Shown here: positions 16,718 to 26,242 of the stretch, piece after piece
How positions within the stretch are numbered: position 1 is the first letter of the stretch
How the letters are laid out: every line of letters starts with the position of its first letter
DNA from: a virus
Lineage: Duplodnaviria > Caudoviricetes
Strand: one strand, 5' to 3'
IMG/VR virus record: IMGVR_UViG_3300020173_001379
Coordinates: 1-28,257 of that record
DNA: 28,257 nt
Translations under genes and position numbers: made by a program
The notes under the pieces: model-generated
What the model was told of the DNA's origin: nothing
Seen by the model: only the letters and a program-made list of their open reading frames with translations
The model's database searches: none

Positions 16718-18349
16718 ATGAAGTTAATAAAACAACATGACTGTGAGAACATGATTTGGGCTCTACAAGGTCAACCATTAGAACATGGATTCGATGGTCA
16801 AAACTTCCTAATGGAGTGGGATGATAACTCCATTGGTTATGGTGGTAACTCCGTTATAAATAAGTTACTAAAAGATTCTAATGGTAGATGGTCTATCATT
16901 AGAGGACAACAAGGTGGTTCTTGTACCGATGAAAGATTTATCTACGGATTTATCGATAAGAAAAAGAGAAACAACGAGGAGAGAAATAGAAGTGAATCCA
17001 GCGGTTTAGCTGAGATGGGTGGTTCGGTTTCAACTCATAACTTTAGTACTAACGATATAGTTGGTTATGTAACTCCTGATAGAAAGTTTAGAATAGCGAA
17101 ATTCGAATATGGATTTCCAAATGGGTTAGAAACATCAGAAGTAACCCCTTCCGATTTTGTAAAACTACAATCATTAAAAGTTAGTATTTACGAAGTTTCA
17201 AAGGAAGAATATTTGAATGAACATGGTCTTGGAAAATCATTCAACGGATGGTTTAATAAATCTCTCCTTTTCAAGGGAACACGATTAAGACCTGATTTTT
17301 ACGGATTGGTTGATTTCGCATCAATGAGATATCAGTTCAGAACTGGTAAGAAATTAAAGTATGAACTTCATGTTGAAGGTGAAGAACCAATTTCACTTCC
17401 AACTAAAAGATTTTACTTTCCATGTAATTCGGGTGAACCGGTAACTCACTACTCTCAAATGTTAGAAGTTGAGGATACTGAAGGTGAAACACTCCACACA
17501 ATTCATTGTGGTTCTGATGTGTATGAAGGAACTCTACATAGTTATGAAACAATCAGAGCTTCTCAGACTGATAAGTTGATGAAGTTGGAGAATATGGCTG
17601 GTGGCCAACACATGATTCACCCAACTCACTCTAAGAAGTTAGATTTCCCAACCATCGATGTAATTGATGCTAGTGGTACTTACATTACTACCGTTCCGTT
17701 GTTTACTACTAGTAGATGGGATGAGTTCTACAACAATAGAAAATGGTTCTTTGTTCTCACATCTGATTCAGCAGTTCCATTCGCAAGAATGAAGAATCAG
17801 TTCTCTAACATGGAGTTTCCAATTGAGTTAAGAGCTTACGTTAAGAGGTTGGCTAAAGAACTTGATTTAGGTCACACGGGTGCCAAAAAGATGTTAAAGA
17901 AGATTGAAGATGGTGAAGTTCAGAATTACGTAGATTGTTTACAAGACGAAAATAACCCATCACACGCTACGGTTCTTCTTAATACTGAGAAGATTATTGG
18001 TGGTAAGATTGAACTCAATAATATTGTTAGAGAGTGTACTACGTATTCTTTTAACACCGATTTGATTTTCAATTCAAACCACGAACACTTACTTGAGTGG
18101 CAGAAAGATGGAATGGATGATGAACACATCACCGAGTTTATCGCCAGATTGGTGATGCCAAGACATGAATTTAAAACATTAACGTGGGTTCATGGTGGTG
18201 AATCATCAAACTTAGTTGGTAAACTAAAAGAAGTAATAGAGGGTGGTCGTGTTAATCTTGAAGGAATTGAGAAAATTCAAACAGTTAACAAGAAAGATTT
18301 CTACACTACTAAAGGTTACCAAAACGCAACAATCATTTATCAGAAGTAA
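16718..18349 (+). CDS. Hypothetical 543 aa protein, possibly degenerate GHKL (MORC/Hsp90-like) ATPase N-terminus
   Basis: LMEWDDNSIGYG resembles the GHKL ExxxN box. IIRGQQGG and SGLAEMGG sit at roughly G1/G2 box spacing but are degenerate. Confidence 0.5.
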   Translation: MKLIKQHDCENMIWALQGQPLEHGFDGQNFLMEWDDNSIGYGGNSVINKLLKDSNGRWSIIRGQQGGSCTDERFIYGFIDKKKRNNEERNRSESSGLAEMGGSVSTHNFSTNDIVGYVTPDRKFRIAKFEYGFPNGLETSEVTPSDFVKLQSLKVSIYEVSKEEYLNEHGLGKSFNGWFNKSLLFKGTRLRPDFYGLVDFASMRYQFRTGKKLKYELHVEGEEPISLPTKRFYFPCNSGEPVTHYSQMLEVEDTEGETLHTIHCGSDVYEGTLHSYETIRASQTDKLMKLENMAGGQHMIHPTHSKKLDFPTIDVIDASGTYITTVPLFTTSRWDEFYNNRKWFFVLTSDSAVPFARMKNQFSNMEFPIELRAYVKRLAKELDLGHTGAKKMLKKIEDGEVQNYVDCLQDENNPSHATVLLNTEKIIGGKIELNNIVRECTTYSFNTDLIFNSNHEHLLEWQKDGMDDEHITEFIARLVMPRHEFKTLTWVHGGESSNLVGKLKEVIEGGRVNLEGIEKIQTVNKKDFYTTKGYQNATIIYQK

Positions 18350-19579
18350 ATGTACGAAGGAGAAGATTATTTCGAACAATTTAAAGGAATGGTTCCCTAT
18401 TTAGAAATAGATAGGGAATCACTTCAATATATAAAGGATAATTGGACACGTGAAGAGGCTAGTGAAAAACTTGCTGATGTTTGTATGACATACGAACTTC
18501 CCCTACGAGAAACAACCATAGAACTGGCACGAGAAGATTATAAGAAACTCAAAGGAGTACGATGGAACGAACTTCTCGTTGATGGTCAATGGTTCCCTCG
18601 AAAGGCAGAAAATTTACGTTATACGTTGGAATATGAAGGTAAGATGATGTACTTCAAAAGATACAACGTAGGTAACCGAGCATCTGATTTCTTTCAACAG
18701 GCAAATCGTTGGTCAGTAGATGGTTCTCAAGGACCAGGACCAGTTACGACATGGGGTAATCCTAAGTTTATGAAAACTTTAATGGGACCTTATTTCACCT
18801 TAGGATTAGAAGAAATAAATCGTAAAACTCTTCGAACTTGTTTATCACTTAGAAAGTACACTGCAGCACAATTCAAACCATCGGTTGCAAAAGCTTTATA
18901 TGATTACTTCAAGGCAGAAACTATTATTGATTTCTCAATGGGCTGGGGTGATAGATTATGTGGATTCTATACTTCAGAAACAGGAAAGAGGTATATTGGG
19001 TTAGACCCACGAAAGGAAAATCATCCAATTTATCAAGAACAAGTGGATTTCTACGAATCAAACAACGGATTCTTTGAACATACTCGAGAAGTAGAAATGC
19101 ACCAAATTCCTGCTGAAGATTTTGATTACACTCCATACCATAATCAAGTAGATTTAATATTTACTTCACCTCCTTACTTTAATGTGGAGAAATACTCCCA
19201 CGATAACACTCAAAGTTGGGTAAGGTATAAAAACATTGATGTATGGAACGAGCACTTCTTACATACTGCATTGGGTAAAATGATTCCAACATTAAAAGAG
19301 GGTGGAATTATGGCAATCAATATTTCAGATGTATATTCAAACAATGGTAAGGAGAGAACAAATCTTGCTATTGTAAATCCAATGTGCGATTTCTTAACTT
19401 CACAAGGAATGAAGTACAAAGGATGCATTGGTATGGAAATGGCAAAAAGACCCAATAGTGGGGGAGCAGGAACTGCACGAGAAACAGGAATCCACAATTG
19501 GAGTGAAGAAATGATGGAAAGTGCAGAACAAAATAAATCAGTTGCGTTCGGGGAACCAATATGGATATTTGAAAAGTAA
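18350..19579 (+). CDS. DNA amino-methyltransferase-like protein (paralog 1)
   Basis: Motif I IDFSMGWGDR, YIGLDP, motif IV FTSPPYF and LKEGG...INISD. Confidence 0.85.
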   Translation: MYEGEDYFEQFKGMVPYLEIDRESLQYIKDNWTREEASEKLADVCMTYELPLRETTIELAREDYKKLKGVRWNELLVDGQWFPRKAENLRYTLEYEGKMMYFKRYNVGNRASDFFQQANRWSVDGSQGPGPVTTWGNPKFMKTLMGPYFTLGLEEINRKTLRTCLSLRKYTAAQFKPSVAKALYDYFKAETIIDFSMGWGDRLCGFYTSETGKRYIGLDPRKENHPIYQEQVDFYESNNGFFEHTREVEMHQIPAEDFDYTPYHNQVDLIFTSPPYFNVEKYSHDNTQSWVRYKNIDVWNEHFLHTALGKMIPTLKEGGIMAINISDVYSNNGKERTNLAIVNPMCDFLTSQGMKYKGCIGMEMAKRPNSGGAGTARETGIHNWSEEMMESAEQNKSVAFGEPIWIFEK

Positions 19580-20784
19580 TGGGAATAGAAGAGGTATTTA
19601 AAAAGTATTACAATATGAAACCCTATCTTCAGATTGAAGAAGATGAGTGGCAACATATTATTACTACCTATGAAAAGGATGAAGTAGTAGATGAGTTAGC
19701 AAAATGTCTACATACCTATCCTTGCCCAATACCTGAAATATCCGAGGAAGAAACCTTAAAATCACTCAGTAGACTAAAAGGTGTAAAATGGGGAGATTTG
19801 CTAATTGAAAAAGAGTGGTTCCCACGCAACGAAAGAAAATCAAAATATCCATTAACTCCAAAATACTTTAAAAGAGATAATAGTGGAAACAATGCATCAA
19901 ACCCATTCCATATTGAAAATCGATGGAAGGTAGATTGGACAAGAACCCCATCGGGTTGGAGAACCTGGCAGACGGTAGATGGTATCAAAACTATTGTACG
20001 AGCATTTTGGAGTTTGGAAAAGGTTCTAACTAAAGTAGATTTACAAACTATTAGAATGGCAACCACATTACGAAAGTATGTAGCATCTCAGTTCAAACCA
20101 TCGATTGCAAAAGTATTCTACGATTATTTCAAATCAGAGAATGTATTAGATTTTTCAGCAGGTTGGGGAGATAGGTTGGCGGGTTTCTATTGTGGTGAAA
20201 CTACCAAACACTATGTTGGTATTGACCCAAACACTTTGAATCATCCTAACTACCAAAAACAAGTTGAGTTCTATAAAAAGAATCAAACGTTTTTTGAGGA
20301 ACCAAAGAAAGTGGATTTGATTTGTTCACCTGCAGAAGATGTGGATTATTCACAATATGAATATTACTTTGATACAATATTTACTTCACCACCGTACTTT
20401 GATGTAGAACGATACTCAGATGAAGATACTCAAAGTTGGGTAAGATATAAAGATATTGATACTTGGAATACTGAATTTCTACACAAAACACTTGGTAAAT
20501 TAATACCTACCTTAAAAGAAGGTGGTATTCTTGCAGTAAACATTGCTGATGTGTATTCTGCCAAAGATAAGGATTACTTTGATATTTGTAACCCAATGAA
20601 TGATTTCTTAATTTCTCAAGGTTTGAAATACTATGGTTGTATTGGGATGGAAATGACTAAACGATTTAATTCAGGTGGAGCAGGAAATGCAAAGAGTGAG
20701 TATTTCGATGAACATTTGAAAGAAAAAACTGAAAATACAAAAGATATTGCTTTTGGAGAACCTATTTGGATTTTTCAAAAATAA
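19579..20784 (+). CDS. DNA amino-methyltransferase-like protein (paralog 2)
   Basis: LDFSAGWGDR, YVGIDP, FTSPPYF and VNIAD. Collinear with paralog 1 over its length, with a TAATG overlap. Confidence 0.85.
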   Translation: MGIEEVFKKYYNMKPYLQIEEDEWQHIITTYEKDEVVDELAKCLHTYPCPIPEISEEETLKSLSRLKGVKWGDLLIEKEWFPRNERKSKYPLTPKYFKRDNSGNNASNPFHIENRWKVDWTRTPSGWRTWQTVDGIKTIVRAFWSLEKVLTKVDLQTIRMATTLRKYVASQFKPSIAKVFYDYFKSENVLDFSAGWGDRLAGFYCGETTKHYVGIDPNTLNHPNYQKQVEFYKKNQTFFEEPKKVDLICSPAEDVDYSQYEYYFDTIFTSPPYFDVERYSDEDTQSWVRYKDIDTWNTEFLHKTLGKLIPTLKEGGILAVNIADVYSAKDKDYFDICNPMNDFLISQGLKYYGCIGMEMTKRFNSGGAGNAKSEYFDEHLKEKTENTKDIAFGEPIWIFQK

Positions 20785-20796
20785 ATCGTATATTTG
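20765..20796 (+). promoter_or_regulatory. Bacteroidota-type promoter upstream of DNA polymerase
   Basis: TTTG 20765-20768, 20 nt spacer, TATATTTG 20789-20796. Confidence 0.8.
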
Positions 20797-20820
20797 TAAC
20801 AATTAAAAAAATAAAATAGT

Positions 20821-23334
20821 TTGTACAAAAACGTATATTACCAACGAGAAAAAAACTTAGTACATCTTTGGGATGACAAACTTGGATATCGTACTTTTCC
20901 ATATACTCGATATGCATATGAGAAAGTGATGAATGGGGAATATCAATCCATTTATGGTGATAAGTTAACCAAAATTTACAAGTTCAAGAAAGATGACCCT
21001 GATTTGTTTGAATCAGATGTACCCGAAACTACTCGAGTTTTGGTAGATACTTATACCGATTCAGATTTACCATCGGAGGGGATTACCACACTTACTTTCG
21101 ATATTGAGGTAGAGATGGAATCTGGTCTTCCTGATACTGAAAAGGCAGAAAACGAACTTACTGCAATAGGTCTTCATGATAATATCTCAAACCAATATTG
21201 GGTATTGGTTATGGATAAGAGTGGTAAGATGGTAGAAAAGAAAACCGATAAGGCAATCGTACTACCATTTACTGATGAACGAGATATGTGTAGAAAGTTC
21301 TTAGATTTGTACGAAGGTATTGCACCTGACATCGTTACAGGTTGGAACATTGATTACTTCGATATCCCGTATCTATTCAATCGTTTGAAACGAATCCTTG
21401 GAGAAAATCAAGCAAAACGATTATCACCAATTGGTCAAGCATTCTATTCACCATATCGTAGTAGATGGTTTCTTGCTGGAGTAAGTTGTTTGGATTACCT
21501 TTCACTTTACAAGAAGTTTAACTATACCGAATTACCAAACTATCGTTTGGATACGGTTGGTAGACTAGAAGTTGGTAAGGGTAAGATTGAATATCAGGGT
21601 TCACTTGATGATTTATTTAATCAGGATATTGAGAAGTTCATTGAGTATAACTTGGTGGATGTTGAGATTGTGGTAGAGTTGGATAAAAAACTTCAATTCA
21701 TCGATTTATGTCGAGGTATTGCACACGCAGGACACGTACCTTATGAAGATTTTGTTTATTCTTCCAAATACCTCGAAGGTGCGATGTTAACTTATCTTCG
21801 TAGAAAGAACTTAGTTGCACCAAACAAACCTCAGGATAGAAAAGAAAAACTTGCAGCACTTAAAGAAGCAGGTGAGGAAAAATTCATCGGTGCATATGTA
21901 AAAGACCCGATTGTGGGTAAGTATGATTGGGTATATGATTTGGATTTAACATCACTATATCCATCGATTATTATGACACTCAATATTTCCCCTGAAACTA
22001 AAATGGGGATGATTGATAATTGGGATGCTCAGGAGTTCCTAAAAGGTGAAAGAGATACTTATACTATAAATGGAAATGAGTTCACACGAGAACGTATAGA
22101 GCAAGTTTTAAAAGAACAAAAATGGTCAGTATCTTCCAATGGTGTAGTTTATCGAACTGATACCGTAGGTTGTATTCCTGGTATTCTTGATATTTGGTTC
22201 AATCAAAGGGTTGAGTTCAAGAATGAAATGAAGAAATATGGAAAAGCAGGAGATAAAGAAAAATACGCTTTCTATCACAAACGTCAGTTGGTTCAGAAGA
22301 TTCTACTTAACTCTCTTTATGGTGTACTTGGTCTTCCTGCCTTTAGGTTTTATGATGTTGATAATGCTGAGGCTGTTACCACAACAGGACAGACAGTTAT
22401 TAAATCAACTGCAGATATGGGTAATATCAAGTACAATAAAGAACTTGGAACTACTGACGTTGATTCTAACATCTACATTGATACCGATTCCGTCTTCTTC
22501 TCTGCCGTACCTCTTTTAGACCATCGTAATCCAAATTGGAAAGATGATGACCAGGATACAATTGCTAGTAAAGTAAACGATATTGCTGGTGAGATGCAAG
22601 ATTATCTAAACGATTTTTATGATATTCTTTCAGAAAAAATCTTTAATGTAGATAGAACTAAACATCGATTAGAGATTAAGAAGGAGTATGTTGCTAAAGC
22701 AGGGTTGTGGGTAGCAAAGAAAAGATATGCTCAATGGATTATTTCAGATAATGGTGTACCTGTTGACAAGTTAGATGTAAAGGGGTTAGATGTTAAACGC
22801 TCATCATTCCCAAAAGCATTCCAAGATATCATGGCAGATGTGTTAATTTCAATTCTACGAAGTGAAACTGAAGAACAAATTTCGGATAAAGTTTATAACT
22901 TTAAGAAAGAAATGACAGAACTTCCTTTTGTAGATGTTGCTAAAAACTCCGCAGTTAAAAATATCAGTAAGTATCTTCCAAAGAAAAGACAACTATTTGA
23001 ATTGATGAAAGGTACACCTGCACACGTTAAAGCAGCAATATCTTATAACGATTTACTCTCACATTATAATGCACCATACAAATACTCTCCGATGAGAGAT
23101 GGTGATAAGATTAAGTGGGTGTATTTGAAAACAAATCCACTTGGATTAGATGCAGTTGGATTTACGGGTTACGAAGACCCACCTGAGATAATTGAGTTTA
23201 TTTCAACCTATATTGACCACAATAAAATCTTTGAACGAGAACTAAAAGGTAAACTTCAAGATTTCTTTGATGCCATCGGTTGGGGAGAGGTAATTTCAGA
23301 ACAAAAAGTAGCAGAGAAATTTTTCTCATTCTAA
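20821..23334 (+). CDS. Family B DNA polymerase (gp43-like), TTG start
   Basis: Exonuclease motifs FDIE, GWNIDYFD and YNLVD. Polymerase motifs DLTSLYPS, KILLNSLYG, YIDTDS and KKRY. Confidence 0.96.
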   Translation: MYKNVYYQREKNLVHLWDDKLGYRTFPYTRYAYEKVMNGEYQSIYGDKLTKIYKFKKDDPDLFESDVPETTRVLVDTYTDSDLPSEGITTLTFDIEVEMESGLPDTEKAENELTAIGLHDNISNQYWVLVMDKSGKMVEKKTDKAIVLPFTDERDMCRKFLDLYEGIAPDIVTGWNIDYFDIPYLFNRLKRILGENQAKRLSPIGQAFYSPYRSRWFLAGVSCLDYLSLYKKFNYTELPNYRLDTVGRLEVGKGKIEYQGSLDDLFNQDIEKFIEYNLVDVEIVVELDKKLQFIDLCRGIAHAGHVPYEDFVYSSKYLEGAMLTYLRRKNLVAPNKPQDRKEKLAALKEAGEEKFIGAYVKDPIVGKYDWVYDLDLTSLYPSIIMTLNISPETKMGMIDNWDAQEFLKGERDTYTINGNEFTRERIEQVLKEQKWSVSSNGVVYRTDTVGCIPGILDIWFNQRVEFKNEMKKYGKAGDKEKYAFYHKRQLVQKILLNSLYGVLGLPAFRFYDVDNAEAVTTTGQTVIKSTADMGNIKYNKELGTTDVDSNIYIDTDSVFFSAVPLLDHRNPNWKDDDQDTIASKVNDIAGEMQDYLNDFYDILSEKIFNVDRTKHRLEIKKEYVAKAGLWVAKKRYAQWIISDNGVPVDKLDVKGLDVKRSSFPKAFQDIMADVLISILRSETEEQISDKVYNFKKEMTELPFVDVAKNSAVKNISKYLPKKRQLFELMKGTPAHVKAAISYNDLLSHYNAPYKYSPMRDGDKIKWVYLKTNPLGLDAVGFTGYEDPPEIIEFISTYIDHNKIFERELKGKLQDFFDAIGWGEVISEQKVAEKFFSF

Positions 23335-23366
23335 TTTGTTTATATCAAAATAATTTCGTATATTTG
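23335..23366 (+). promoter_or_regulatory. Bacteroidota-type promoter upstream of sliding clamp
   Basis: TTTG 23335-23338, 20 nt spacer, TATATTTG 23359-23366. Confidence 0.8.
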
Positions 23367-23397
23367 TAACACTTAAAATAAATCTTAAAAGTAAATT

Positions 23398-24111
23398 ATG
23401 GAAAAAAGTAACATTAATCGTTTCGTACAAAAGTACAATCTTGCTGGTTTAGTTGAATCAGTTAAGTGGGAAACAAAAGACAACACCCTTACTACTTCCT
23501 TTATTTCTGATGATAAATCAGTATTAGGTTCGGTAAGTTTTTCTGATTTTCAATTCGAAGATTCAGAATTGGGTATCTATGATACTTCTAAACTAACAAA
23601 AATGTTAGGTGTACTTGATAGTGATATCGAGTTTGCTATCTCAGATGTGAGTGGTAAACCAGTATCTCTCAAGTTTAAAGATGGTTCAACTTCAGTAAAC
23701 TATATGTTGGCAGACCTTTCGGTTATCCCAAATGTACCTGATTTGAAACAACTTCCCCCTTTCAATGTAAAGATTAAGTTAGATGATACATTCATCTCAC
23801 GTTTCATTCGTGCAAAAGGTGCATTACCTGATGAAAATAACTTTACCTTTACTTGTAAGAACAATCATGGTCAGATTGTATTAGGACATTCTAATATCAA
23901 TACTAACCGAATCTCTATCGATGTAGATTGTGAATGTGATGGTGATGTAGACCCAATCTCATTCTCAGCAACTTACCTCAAAGAAATCCTTGTGGCAAAT
24001 AAAGAGGCAAGTGGTGCAACGTTAAACATCTCATCTCAGGGATTATCTCATATTCAATTCCAAGTAGATGAGTATGAATCAAACTACTACCTTGTAGAAA
24101 CTCAATCTTAA
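23398..24111 (+). CDS. DNA polymerase sliding clamp (gp45/PCNA-like)
   Basis: 237 aa, beta-rich two-domain pattern, ELGIYDTSKL, and a C-terminal ISSQGLSHIQF...NYYLV. It lies between the polymerase and the clamp loader. Confidence 0.8.
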   Translation: MEKSNINRFVQKYNLAGLVESVKWETKDNTLTTSFISDDKSVLGSVSFSDFQFEDSELGIYDTSKLTKMLGVLDSDIEFAISDVSGKPVSLKFKDGSTSVNYMLADLSVIPNVPDLKQLPPFNVKIKLDDTFISRFIRAKGALPDENNFTFTCKNNHGQIVLGHSNINTNRISIDVDCECDGDVDPISFSATYLKEILVANKEASGATLNISSQGLSHIQFQVDEYESNYYLVETQS

Positions 24112-24113
24112 TT

Positions 24114-25748
24114 ATGTCGAAGTACTTTTACGAACGAAGCAAATTTTCCGAGTTTAAATCCAACACAACTTATCATCAGTTACTTTCAATGACTGATGGT
24201 GAGTTTGTGGATTGGGCTAAACTCCTTCGTAAGGAAGTTACTGAACAATGGGATGAAAGAGGTACTCCACCAGTTATTGGTAGAGATGAAAGTGGTATTA
24301 TTGATTCATTTAAGAAACTTAAATCTAATCCTGCTGATTATTGGGAGAAAGATTTAAGTGGTGATGAAGAATCATTAGGTATCATTAAGAACTTCAACAA
24401 AGATGCATCCGTTGTAAATCAGTTCTTTCCTACGATGTTAAAAACCAAAATCTCAATTGGTAAATCTGCAGATGGTGGATTATCAATCTATGACCATTTT
24501 GGTGACCCTGAACTTGAAGAAAAGTTTGTTAAGATTATGAAACGTGCAGTAAAACGAGATTCTATGTATTCTTGGTCACGTTCTATTGTCAACAAAAGAG
24601 ATGAAAATCCTTTTTGGAATGGTCAATCGGGTTATGATTTCATTAAAGAAGTTCACGAAGGAAAAATATTCGTTGGTAAATACTCAGACTACGGTATCGT
24701 ACTTGCTAAAGTAAAAGAAGATACCTTAGGTAATTATGGAACCTTTAATGCAGAATATGTAGGTTTTGGTAATTTATACCTTTCAGGAGAACAGGTTCGA
24801 GAGTTACGTGATAATGGGTATTTAGATAATACACAACTTGCTAATGTAGGTAATATCGAAGATGGATATGAACTTGCAGATGGTACAAAGAAAAACTATC
24901 ACTACCTAATTCGTTGGTATGATAAAACTGATGGAATCTTCCCAAAGATTCTTCAAGTGTTCCGTTTAAGTTGTGGACAACCAGCGGTAAACTTTCCTGC
25001 ATTAACTGCAAAGTGGATTTACGAAAACTATACCAATCATATCGAACAAGAAGACCCACTTCATATTTACGATTCATCGAGTGGTTGGGGTGGTAGAATT
25101 ATTGGTGCAATGAGTTCTCGTAAGAAAATTCATTATATAGGAACTGACCCAAATCCCGATACATTTATTCCTGAACTTAACATTTCTCGATATGAGTATG
25201 TTGCTAAGTTCTATAACGATAAATGTGTTGATGATTTCTCAGATAAACTTACTAATTTTTTTGATGTAGAGAAACAAGGTAATACCTATGAATTATTCCA
25301 AGATGGTTCGGAGTTGATTCAGAATAATCCACGATTCCAAAAGTATAAAGGTAAGTTAGATATTGCGTTTACTTCACCACCTTACTTTAATCGTGAACAA
25401 TATTCACAAGATGAAAATCAATCTTTCAAGGCATATGGTGAGTATGAAGATTGGAGAGAAAACTTCCTTAGACCAACTCTAACTACAATCTATGAGTATC
25501 TAAAAAATGATAGATATGTGTTGTGGAATATTGCAGATATTAAAATTGGTAAATCAATTTACTATCCACTTGAACAAGATTCTATTGATATCTTAAAGGA
25601 GTTGGGATGTGAATATAAAGGTAAACTTAAAATGTTGATGACACGAATGGTTGGGTTAGACCCATCTAAAACGGGAATCAAAAACTCAGTAGAGTATAAT
25701 GGTAAAGTTTACAAATACGAACCTATTTTTGTATTTCACAAACCATGA
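24114..25748 (+). CDS. DNA amino-methyltransferase-like protein (paralog 3, extended N-terminus)
   Basis: NFPALTAKWIY, YDSSSGWGGR, YIGTDP, FTSPPYF, WNIAD and a C-terminal EPIFVF. Confidence 0.82.
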   Translation: MSKYFYERSKFSEFKSNTTYHQLLSMTDGEFVDWAKLLRKEVTEQWDERGTPPVIGRDESGIIDSFKKLKSNPADYWEKDLSGDEESLGIIKNFNKDASVVNQFFPTMLKTKISIGKSADGGLSIYDHFGDPELEEKFVKIMKRAVKRDSMYSWSRSIVNKRDENPFWNGQSGYDFIKEVHEGKIFVGKYSDYGIVLAKVKEDTLGNYGTFNAEYVGFGNLYLSGEQVRELRDNGYLDNTQLANVGNIEDGYELADGTKKNYHYLIRWYDKTDGIFPKILQVFRLSCGQPAVNFPALTAKWIYENYTNHIEQEDPLHIYDSSSGWGGRIIGAMSSRKKIHYIGTDPNPDTFIPELNISRYEYVAKFYNDKCVDDFSDKLTNFFDVEKQGNTYELFQDGSELIQNNPRFQKYKGKLDIAFTSPPYFNREQYSQDENQSFKAYGEYEDWRENFLRPTLTTIYEYLKNDRYVLWNIADIKIGKSIYYPLEQDSIDILKELGCEYKGKLKMLMTRMVGLDPSKTGIKNSVEYNGKVYKYEPIFVFHKP

Positions 25749-26242
25749 TAAATTTTAGAAACTACATCGAAGCAATTCCTGATTATCCGAAGGATGGTAT
25801 CATCTATCGAGATATTCAACCTCTTCTAATGAATCAGACGGTATTCAAAGAAGCAATCAAACGAATGGGTAATATGACAGATATACCTGATTATTGGGTT
25901 GCATTAGAATCACGAGGATTCCTCTTTGCATCTGCACTATCTTATAAATTTGGTGGTGGTATTCGATTAATTAGAAAACCCGGTAAACTTCCTAACGAAG
26001 GTATCTTAAGTGTACCTTATGAGTTGGAATATGGAAAGGGACACTTAGAGATGGCAATCTTTGATGAAGAGGATGCCACTTGTGTAATCGTAGATGATGT
26101 ACTTGCAACAGGTGGTACAATGGAAGCAGCACAAACTCTTTGTGAAGCAAATGGATTAGAGGTAATTGATAAGATAGTTCTCGTTGATATTGGTATTAGT
26201 AATGTGGATGATGTAAAATCGTTAGTATATTATGGCGAGTAA
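25745..26242 (+). CDS. apt: Adenine phosphoribosyltransferase
   Basis: IPDYPKDGIIYRDI, LESRGF, RKPGKLP, YELEYG and PRPP motif IVDDVLATGGT. Confidence 0.92.
   Translation: MINFRNYIEAIPDYPKDGIIYRDIQPLLMNQTVFKEAIKRMGNMTDIPDYWVALESRGFLFASALSYKFGGGIRLIRKPGKLPNEGILSVPYELEYGKGHLEMAIFDEEDATCVIVDDVLATGGTMEAAQTLCEANGLEVIDKIVLVDIGISNVDDVKSLVYYGE

Noticed and set aside
954-22519. Short alternative-frame and minus-strand ORFs in the track (e.g. 1885-2160, 10512-10943, 19210-19656, 19716-20066)
   Set aside because: They lie within or largely overlap well-supported + strand genes and have no recognisable motifs, so they are shadow ORFs.
5579-23334. Inteins or introns in recA, helicase, nrdA/nrdB or DNA polymerase
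   Set aside because: Lengths and motif spacing are ordinary and the ORFs are uninterrupted.
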